From Sedimentisphaerales bacterium (GTDB lineage Bacteria; Planctomycetota; Phycisphaerae; Sedimentisphaerales; Anaerobacaceae): DNA of 64,000 nucleotides. A model generated the notes under the pieces. It was given only the letters and a program-made list of their open reading frames with translations, was not told where the DNA came from and did no database searches. Positions 56,639-64,000 of this stretch are shown piece after piece. Location of the stretch: NCBI GenBank assembly GCA_963708075.1, contig OY970194.1, positions 6,624,001 through 6,688,000 on the forward strand, in the 5' to 3' direction. The translations under genes and the position numbers were made by a program. Position 1 is the stretch's first letter. Each line of letters opens with the position of its first letter.

Positions 56639-59506
56639 ATGCGTAGTTTGCGAATCATTGCGGTTGGCGCCGTCCTGGCCCTTGGCATCACGTCGATTCC
56701 CGGCCGTATCGCCGCTCAGCAGAATCCCGATCCCCCCGCGGCGGACGGCAAGCCCGTGGAAGTCGTCAAAACCAACGGCGACATGAAGATCAAGCTGAAC
56801 TTCCAGGACACTCCCCTGCAGACCGTGCTGGAGTACCTGTCCGAGACCGCCGGGCTGACCGTTGTCTCCGATGAGCCCATTGCCGACAGCCGCATGACGG
56901 TCATCAGCCGCCAGCCCATCTCGCTCGACCAGGCCGTGGCCCTGATCAACTCGATGTTGAAGGAGAAAAGCCTGACTACCGTGCTCACGGGCAAGACCTT
57001 GAAAGTGGTCACGCTGGCGAACGCGAAGAAGGAGAACATCCCCGTCCTCACGGGCCGGGACCCGAACGCGGTGGTTGCCAGCGACACCGTGGTGACTTAC
57101 ATTGTACCCGTCGGCCACGTGACCGCCGTCGCCCTTGCGGAAAACCTCAAGGCCCTGCTGCCGGAGTACGCTAGTCTCGAAGCCAATGAGGACGGCAACG
57201 CCCTGATCATCACGGACACCACGGCCAATATCAAGCGCCTGATGCAGATCGTCTTGGCCCTGGATACGCACATGGCCTCCGTCGCGGAAATCCGGGTCTT
57301 TCGCCTGGTGAACACCAGCGCCACGAGCGTGGCCAACCTGATCAACAGCGTCTTCCAGCAGCAGACGCTGAGCAGTCGCAGCCGCAACCAGCAGGGGGGC
57401 TTTCGCGGGCCGCTCGAGATGATGATGGACATGAGAGGGGGACCGGACCGGGGACGGGATGACCGCAGCCGGAGCAGTCAGCAGGGCACCGGTGGCAACG
57501 TGAACGTGCAGGTCGTGGCGGCCGCCGACGAGCAGACGAACTCCGTCGTGGTCCGCGGCCCGGCCGAGGCGATGGAACTGGTGACGGGGATCATTGACTC
57601 ACTGGACGATAAATCCGCCAAGGTCGCCGATGTTCGGGTCTTCCAGCTCCGGTATGCAGATGCGACGAACGTGGCCGACGTGATCAACCAGCTCTTCGGC
57701 CAGCAGCAGCAGTCGTCCTCCCGGTCCCGGTCGAGCCGGGGTGGCGGTGGGCAGGATATGCCGGGTCCCATGATGTTCCGGGGTCCATTTGGGACCGGGG
57801 GGGAGGTCGATCAGGCGCAGGGGGCCAGCCTGGTTCAGGTCACCGCCGCGGCCGACAGCCGCACCAACACCGTCGTGGTCACCGGCCCGGAAGCTGTCCT
57901 GCAGGTCGTAGCCGACGTCATCCAGAAGCTGGATGCTCCGCTGGCCAATGTGGCGGACGTGAAAGTCTTCCGCCTGGAATATGCCGATGCCTCAGATACG
58001 TCCGAGCTCATCAACGAGGTCTTCGGTCAAAGCCGCACCAGTTCATCCCGGTCCTCATCGCGCTCAAGCTCTCAACAGAGCTCAATGATCAGTTTCTTCC
58101 GGGGCGGTCCCGGGGGATTCGGGGGGCCGCAAGGCGCCCAAGGCACCCAGAGCACCGCCGCCTCGGATATCGCGGTGGTTGCCTCGGCGGACACGCGCAC
58201 AAACTCGGTCGTGGTCAGCGGTCCACCGGATACGCTGACGGTCATCGCACAGGTTATCAAGGAGCTGGATGAGAACCCGGCGGCAGAGCGACGCATCTTC
58301 GTCTACGCGCTCAAGAACGCCAGTGCCGTGAACCTCATGACGATTCTGAACAACCTCTTCCAGGAGATGCAGGCCCTGAACCAGCAGGTGACCGGCAGCC
58401 GAAGCAGCACGACTGGCGGACAGAGAAACGTAGGCGCCGGCGGGGCCGGTGGTGGCATGGCCGCCGCCGGGGCAGGCGCATCTGCCTCCGGTTCCTCCAC
58501 GGGCGACACCCTCTCCGAAGAGACGTACTTTGAGGCCGATCCGAACACCAACTCGCTGCTATGCATGACCTCCTCGAAGAACTACGACAAGATCAAGCCC
58601 ATCATTGAAGAGTTGGATAAGCCGGTCGGGCAGGTCCTGATCAAGGTCTTGTTCGCCGAGGTCACCCACACCAATAGCGTGGACTGGGGCACCGAGTTCT
58701 CCATGCTGAATCTCCGTAACAGCGGGGGCTCGACCGGAACGGTCCAGGTCTTCGGCCGGCCGGGTACGTTGACCACGCCCGGCGGTCAGCAGGGGCCGGG
58801 GGTCGAAGGGCCGACGGGCTTATCCGTGCGGACCCTGGAGGGAGATCTGGACATCACGATCCATGCCCTTGAGGAGACGGGCCGGCTGAACGTGTTGTCG
58901 CGACCGTACGTCCTGACCCGGAACAACCAGACGGCGACGATCCGGGTGGCGGAAGAAGTCCCGATCCCCAGCGGCGTCAGCCAGGGAAATGCCACCACCC
59001 AAACCAACTTCACCTACCGCGAGGATATCGGTATCGTCTTGGATGTCACGCCGTCCGTCAACCCGGATGGGCTGGTCAACATGACGGTCGTCCCCAGCAT
59101 CACAACCCGCACGGGCGAGACAGTCCAGATTTCCGAGGATCTCTTCCCTGAGGTTTTTGCGACCCGTTCCGCCAGTACGAGAGTGGCGGTCCTCAACGGC
59201 CAGACCATCGTCATCGGCGGCCTCATCGAAGACCAGCTCAAGGATACCGTCAAGAAGGTGCCCATCCTGGGGGATATCCCCCTGGCAGGCATGCTGTTCC
59301 GACGAAGCATCAAGGAGAAGACGAAGACCGAGTTGCTGATCTTCCTGACCCCGATTGTCGCCCAGAAGCCGGAGGAGCTGACCGACATCTCCGCGGCCGA
59401 GCGGGCCCGGAGCAATTTGGAGAAGGACAAACAGACGTCCGAGATTTTCCAAAAGCACATGGATGCCATGGAGAACAAGCCGCTGGAGAACAAGCCAGTC
59501 GAGTGA
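56639..59506 (+). CDS. gspD: Secretin GspD
   Basis: LNFQDTPL N0 domain, repeated N-domains (D..TNSVVV.G), QVLIKV.FAEV, KKVPILGDIPLAG.LF and TELLIFLTP. Confidence 0.95.
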   Translation: MRSLRIIAVGAVLALGITSIPGRIAAQQNPDPPAADGKPVEVVKTNGDMKIKLNFQDTPLQTVLEYLSETAGLTVVSDEPIADSRMTVISRQPISLDQAVALINSMLKEKSLTTVLTGKTLKVVTLANAKKENIPVLTGRDPNAVVASDTVVTYIVPVGHVTAVALAENLKALLPEYASLEANEDGNALIITDTTANIKRLMQIVLALDTHMASVAEIRVFRLVNTSATSVANLINSVFQQQTLSSRSRNQQGGFRGPLEMMMDMRGGPDRGRDDRSRSSQQGTGGNVNVQVVAAADEQTNSVVVRGPAEAMELVTGIIDSLDDKSAKVADVRVFQLRYADATNVADVINQLFGQQQQSSSRSRSSRGGGGQDMPGPMMFRGPFGTGGEVDQAQGASLVQVTAAADSRTNTVVVTGPEAVLQVVADVIQKLDAPLANVADVKVFRLEYADASDTSELINEVFGQSRTSSSRSSSRSSSQQSSMISFFRGGPGGFGGPQGAQGTQSTAASDIAVVASADTRTNSVVVSGPPDTLTVIAQVIKELDENPAAERRIFVYALKNASAVNLMTILNNLFQEMQALNQQVTGSRSSTTGGQRNVGAGGAGGGMAAAGAGASASGSSTGDTLSEETYFEADPNTNSLLCMTSSKNYDKIKPIIEELDKPVGQVLIKVLFAEVTHTNSVDWGTEFSMLNLRNSGGSTGTVQVFGRPGTLTTPGGQQGPGVEGPTGLSVRTLEGDLDITIHALEETGRLNVLSRPYVLTRNNQTATIRVAEEVPIPSGVSQGNATTQTNFTYREDIGIVLDVTPSVNPDGLVNMTVVPSITTRTGETVQISEDLFPEVFATRSASTRVAVLNGQTIVIGGLIEDQLKDTVKKVPILGDIPLAGMLFRRSIKEKTKTELLIFLTPIVAQKPEELTDISAAERARSNLEKDKQTSEIFQKHMDAMENKPLENKPVE

Positions 59507-59514
59507 CGCGGGCC

Positions 59515-59550
59515 AGATCCTTTATTCCGCTGTGCTACGTTCAGGATGAC
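59515..59550 (-). repeat. GTCATCCTGA...AAGGATCT-type palindromic repeat
   Basis: Minus strand GTCATCCTGAACGTAGCACAGCGGAATAAAGGATCT; single copy in this window, recognised from a common bacterial repeat style. Confidence 0.5.
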
Positions 59551-59567
59551 AAACGGCCTCCGGGTGG

Positions 59568-59646
59568 CGGGTGCCATGCTTACGCTTGCGTAAGCATGTC
59601 GTGCCCATTGAATAGGACATGTCTACGCGAGCGTAGACATGGCACC
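59568..59646. repeat. Family A REP-like doublet interrupted by the IS
   Basis: Inverted near-copy of 21066-21146; the terminal CG resumes at 61141 after the IS. Confidence 0.85.
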
Positions 59647-61131
59647 CAACGCCGTGAACTTAAGCGGCCTTGGTCTTTTCGTAAATCCTTTTGGCACAGC
59701 GTTTTTCCTTCTCATTGGCGGGGCGGATTCTCGGTAGGCCCGCGGGAGGATCGTTCTTCTTGTGCGGCCAATGCCGAGCCTGTTTCGGTCCGCTTCGGAC
59801 GTAGGCGTCTTTGACTGCCTTTTGCAGTTGAGCCCGAAGACCGGCTCTTCGAGCAGACCGCCCGAGAGGATGCATGATGCGCCGGACCACCCGCAGCGAT
59901 TCGCATACGCTCCAGCATAGCGGATCCCGCTTGGCCCCGATCAATGCCTCCACGCTCCACAGACCGACTACCAGATACGCCAGCATCGCCCAGTCCAGTT
60001 CCCGCCGGGCCTCCTGCGGACAGCCGCTTCGCATCTTGTGCTGCTCCAGCGTCCGTTTGAACGAGCGATAGAAGACCTCGTGGCCCCACCGCATCCGATA
60101 GAACTGACCGATCTGCCGATCCGTCAGGGCCTGCTCCTCCATCACGCTGGTCACCAGGTACACCGGTGAATGATGCGCCTGCTCGATCCGGATCAGCCGC
60201 AGTTGCAACGGCGGACACTTCGATTGTTTTCGCGTCGGCCACAGCCACACCAACTCGCCCTTGATCTTGACGTGCACATCCGTCAGACCCGTCAGCAGCG
60301 TACGGTTCGAACCCATCCGCACCAGAACCTGCACTCCACGATCTACCAGCGATCGCAGAAGATCAAAACCCGTAAAGCCGGCGTCCGCCACCAGCAAAGA
60401 CCTGCTCGGCAGCAATCCCGCCATCGAGTGCAGGTGCGTCTGCTCCGACTGAATCCCCGCTCCGATCCGCCACGCCCACGGCAGTCCTGTGCCCAGGTGG
60501 TACAGACTGGTCAACGACAACTGCGGCCCCGTCTTCTTGCGACCTGCACAACCGAAGCTCTTTTGGTTCCTGGCGGTCCGGGGGACTTCGATCCGTGTGC
60601 CATCGGCCGAAAAGGCCAACCAGCCGTCCCGCCGCCAGAACGCACCGGCGATGCGACGATGGTGACGCCGAAGGTGGTGTTTGATGGCTTGGCGTTGTTT
60701 GCCATTGATCCTGCGGCGGGCCTTGATGTATCCCTGGTAGGTCCCGCCGGGACGTTTGCGGCCTCGATACATCTCGATCAGCCCCTGGCGGGCGTGAGTG
60801 AACCGATCCTTCAGTGTCCGCGACGGCTCCAACGCCATCAGCACAGACAGGTAGATCACATACTCCAGCGTCCATCGGCCCACACGACAACCGCTCGTGG
60901 ACCCCAGAGCCGCCAGAGCCGAAAAAAGGGGGCCATGAAAATCTGACTCATGGCCGAACGCAACGGCTGCCGATGAAAATGCGTAGAGCCTCTGCTCTCG
61001 ATCTTTCGAGTGTTCATTGGACACCTCCTTGCTTTGTTGTCCGGACAAATACAACATCGGCAAGGAGGCTCTATTCTCTTGCGTTTCCTTCACTTGCGTC
61101 TTCTATAATCCCTGAAGAGTTCACGGCGTTG
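59647..61131 (-). mobile_element. IS4-family-like insertion sequence, 1485 bp
   Basis: Perfect 14-bp terminal IRs CAACGCCGTGAACT; 9-bp direct repeat CATGGCACC at 59638-59646 and 61132-61140. Confidence 0.92.
59660..61017 (-). CDS. IS4-family DDE transposase; probable frameshift at ~60925
   Basis: ADGT, ADAGF and YRMRWGHE (YREK-like) motifs. The AAGGAGGTG RBS and ATG 61017 are in a different frame, joined at a C5T6 run. Confidence 0.88.
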
Positions 61132-61155
61132 CATGGCACCCGGCCGGCGGATCTC

Positions 61156-62226
61156 TCAGGCGAGGTGCTTGCGGAACCAGTCGCGGGTGCGGCGCCACAT
61201 TTCCTCGGACAGGACGTGGCCGGCGCCGTTCTCGATATAGTGGGTGAAGCGGTCGGCCGCCCCAGCCTGCTCGTAGGCCCGGGCGATGGTCGTGATGCCC
61301 TCGCGGACTTCCTGGATGGGGCTGCCGTCATCGAGCTCGCCAAAGTTCAGGTGCAGCGCGCGGGGGGCGATCAGGCCCGCGATGTCCGGCGTGTCGCCGT
61401 ACTGGAACCAGCCCGGAATGAAATTCGGGAAGCAGTGCAGGATGTGCGTGCGATGGATGGCTGCGTACGTCGGCAGGCAACAGTTGCCAACCAGGCAGAC
61501 CAGCCGCGGCTCCCAGGGGCCGACCAGCCAGGTGTGGGTCGCGCCCATCGAATGGCCGTAGCAGCCGATGCGGTCGGCTTTGACCTCCGGCCGCGAGCAG
61601 AGGTAGTCCACCGCCCGGCGCATATCGAGGATGTTCTTCCAGGCCATGCACTTGCCGGCCACTACGTAGCGGAGAAACTCGCATCGCTCGAAGTCGCCGC
61701 CGCGCAGATCCTTGCTTTGTCGTTCTTCGAAGCAAAGTGCGTCGGGGCAGAGCACCACGTATCCCTCTTTGACCAGCGCAACGCCGGTATGATGCATTGG
61801 GTTGCCTGCCAGTCCCGCCGGTTCTGTTTTGCCCAGGTGGTACTCGCCATTGTGCTGATGCCAGACTGCCACGGCGGGGGCAGGGTGATTCGCATCGACG
61901 CCGTCGGGCACCAGAAGCATCGCCGGCACGCGGTCACCCGGCTCGACCTCATAGGTCACGGACTCGATGCGGTACCCTTCCTTGCGGATCGTCTCGCGAG
62001 CCACCGGCCGCAAGTCGCACGGCTGCGGCCACGGCCCGCCCAGGCACTCCAACAACTTCTTTCGCAGGTCTTCAGCTCTTGTCACGTCGTTTCCTCCACG
62101 GGCGATCCCGGCGGGACCGGCCAGGCCGACAGCCATCGCTACCCCGGCCACTGACCCCGCCAGAAAATCACGTCGCGCGATCCCGCCCTGGTTCCCCTTG
62201 TCTTCTGGGCACATATCTTCACTCAT
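61156..62226 (-). CDS. Tat-exported alpha/beta hydrolase (dienelactone hydrolase/acetyl esterase-like)
   Basis: ARRDFL Tat motif, GHSMG nucleophile, GAGH. Confidence 0.85.
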   Translation of the reverse strand: MSEDMCPEDKGNQGGIARRDFLAGSVAGVAMAVGLAGPAGIARGGNDVTRAEDLRKKLLECLGGPWPQPCDLRPVARETIRKEGYRIESVTYEVEPGDRVPAMLLVPDGVDANHPAPAVAVWHQHNGEYHLGKTEPAGLAGNPMHHTGVALVKEGYVVLCPDALCFEERQSKDLRGGDFERCEFLRYVVAGKCMAWKNILDMRRAVDYLCSRPEVKADRIGCYGHSMGATHTWLVGPWEPRLVCLVGNCCLPTYAAIHRTHILHCFPNFIPGWFQYGDTPDIAGLIAPRALHLNFGELDDGSPIQEVREGITTIARAYEQAGAADRFTHYIENGAGHVLSEEMWRRTRDWFRKHLA

Positions 62227-62246
62227 ACTATGACATCATGATGGAT

Positions 62247-63485
62247 TCAGCGTTCCGAGGCGAGCTTTCTAAGGACGGCCCTGGCTTGGTCGTACTGTTT
62301 GAACGCCCGCTCCTCTTTCGCAAATTCCGTGGTATGGGCGGCTATCCGGTTGCTCTTCCAGGTGATGCCCAGTTGCTTGTGCAGGAGCTCGTGGTAGATG
62401 ATGAAGTCAACCGCGAACTCCGGCACGGTTTTCCTGTCCAGCACCGCGTTCACCATGACGGTATCGTGCGCGTGGTCATAGTGGCCGTATTTGCGCACCG
62501 CGAAGCTCCGGCTCCAGACGAGATGGGGCCGGCGCATAGCGCCGCTGAAATAGGCGGCATTGACGCGGTCGAAGGATGCGGCCAGGTCGTGGCACATGCC
62601 TCGTGTCTGCGCTACCACGCCGCCGAGCGACTCGAGCGCCGAGGCAATCTTCCGGTAGGGCTCGCTGCCCGCGGCATCGTGTACGGCTTTTCGATCGCCT
62701 CCCTTCTTGAACGCGATCCGGGCCACGGACCGCAAGAGATCCTCGTCGAAGCAGATCGCCGGAGTCGGCAACTGCACCAGGGCCCAACTGGAATAGCCGC
62801 AGATGTGGTACATCCCGTGCATTGGGCGGAAGTGGACCAGAATCTCGAAGGACGTCTTTGCGGACCACTGCGACGCTTCGCGGAAAGCAGGCTCCGCCCT
62901 CCGGACGGCGGCACAGTACGCATCGAAATTCTCCCGCTGGGAGAAATAGGCCAGCCAGCCACGCATCTCCCTCGCCGGCCTCTTGAGCTGCTCCGGCCGG
63001 ATATTCTGCGCCCGAATCTCCTCCTCGATGCTCGCGCTGTCGGACGCGATCGTTTCATAAACCTCCTCCGGCGGCTCGTCGCGCTCCCCCGTGGCGAGGC
63101 CGGCCTGGCCTTGTTTTCGAGGGACGGAATGCCTTCGTCCCGGCCGCTGAACTGCCTGGGCCAGCCGGTGCAGAAGGTTGTCGAAGTGACGCTGGAGGCC
63201 GCGAAACGACACGCTGTCCGGCGGGAAGCTGCTCGCCGACGATGTGTCCTCCGTGGCGACGGTGCTGAGGTCCAGACCCTTGAGGAACTGGTAGGCTTTG
63301 CGCGACGGCAAAGGCAGGCTCTGCACCCGGACGCCTTTGTCCCTCGCGATCTGCTCGATGCCCCCGACGTTCTCGTCGATCTCGCTTCGAAGCTGCGTCA
63401 GCCGCTCGGCCGAGATCGGCCCGGCCAGCTCCTGCCTGACCTGCTTCGCAAATTTCACCAGCCCGGAGATACGGAGTCTTCTCAT
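62247..63485 (-). CDS. Protein with C-terminal SprT/YgjP-like zinc metallopeptidase domain
   Basis: FDRVNAAYF, IIYHELLH and H...F...E motifs. Confidence 0.75.
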   Translation of the reverse strand: MRRLRISGLVKFAKQVRQELAGPISAERLTQLRSEIDENVGGIEQIARDKGVRVQSLPLPSRKAYQFLKGLDLSTVATEDTSSASSFPPDSVSFRGLQRHFDNLLHRLAQAVQRPGRRHSVPRKQGQAGLATGERDEPPEEVYETIASDSASIEEEIRAQNIRPEQLKRPAREMRGWLAYFSQRENFDAYCAAVRRAEPAFREASQWSAKTSFEILVHFRPMHGMYHICGYSSWALVQLPTPAICFDEDLLRSVARIAFKKGGDRKAVHDAAGSEPYRKIASALESLGGVVAQTRGMCHDLAASFDRVNAAYFSGAMRRPHLVWSRSFAVRKYGHYDHAHDTVMVNAVLDRKTVPEFAVDFIIYHELLHKQLGITWKSNRIAAHTTEFAKEERAFKQYDQARAVLRKLASER

Positions 63486-63626
63486 GAAATCCACTGCTAC
63501 CGATTGCGGGACGTTCTGTCAATATCGTGCGAATGCAATTGTTGAATCGTGGAGGTCCGGGTGATAGCATGAGCGGTCGAATGTCACGTATTTTCGCAGA
63601 ACCTGGCTTTCGGAAAGGGGCATGAG

Positions 63627-64000
63627 ATGAGTCACGTGCAGAAGAGTTCGGGCACGGGTCGCGTTTCGCGGCGCGACGTGCTTACGGGGGTGGCGGTGGC
63701 GGTCGGTGCGGCGGCGTTACCCGGCATCGTGCGCGGGCAGACCGGGAAGATTGTCAAGAATGGGCGGATCAAGCAGTCTATCTGCGGCGGGTGTCTGTCG
63801 AAAGCCAAGATGGACCGGGAGCAGACGGCCAAGCTGCTGGTCGAGATGGGGCTGCTCGGGCGGGACCTTGTGGGGCCGGATGAGTGGCCTGTCCTCAAGA
63901 AGTACGGCCTCGTGGCGACGATGGTGCCGGGGGCGGGCTCGATCAAGAAGGGCCTTAACGATAAGTCCATGCACGCCAAGTTCATGGAGGATTTCAAGAC
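63627..64000 (+). CDS. Tat-exported hydroxypyruvate isomerase-like TIM-barrel protein (partial, runs off the window)
   Basis: MSHVQK...SRRDVL Tat signal, GRIKQSIC, DLVGPDEWPVLKKYGL and GLND motifs; not in the supplied ORF track. Confidence 0.8.
   Translation, partial: MSHVQKSSGTGRVSRRDVLTGVAVAVGAAALPGIVRGQTGKIVKNGRIKQSICGGCLSKAKMDREQTAKLLVEMGLLGRDLVGPDEWPVLKKYGLVATMVPGAGSIKKGLNDKSMHAKFMEDFK

Noticed and set aside
46732..59506. Type IV pilus or competence system instead of T2SS
   Set aside because: GspG and GspK signature motifs are present, there is no PilT, and the secretin has GspD-type N-domains

Overview
GC-rich bacterial chromosome segment, probably Planctomycetota (Phycisphaerae/Sedimentisphaerales-like). 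This is inferred from gene content, Tat/Sec-rich hypothetical proteins and heptamer/REP-like repeats. The first ~44 kb is mostly exported hydrolases and carbohydrate-active enzymes: three clan GH-A glycosidases, heparinase II/III-like, BNR-repeat protein, GH42, GH2, GH9, two S9 dipeptidyl peptidases, an Ntn hydrolase, a zincin, an HGSNAT-like acetyltransferase and a URO-D-family protein. At 44-59.5 kb an ECF sigma/anti-sigma/Spy-like module lies divergent from a type II secretion gene cluster (E, F, G, H, I, J, K, L-like, M-like, C-like, D). A 1485-bp IS4-like element follows, inserted with a 9-bp target duplication into a REP-like palindrome. The most distinctive features are several families of short palindromic and heptameric repeats that have entered coding sequences in frame, notably the cleavable leaders of three pseudopilins. 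Five genes carry single-base frameshifts, probably sequencing errors, and there are two gene remnants. No rRNA, tRNA or CRISPR array was seen. All family assignments come from recognised motifs, not database searches.
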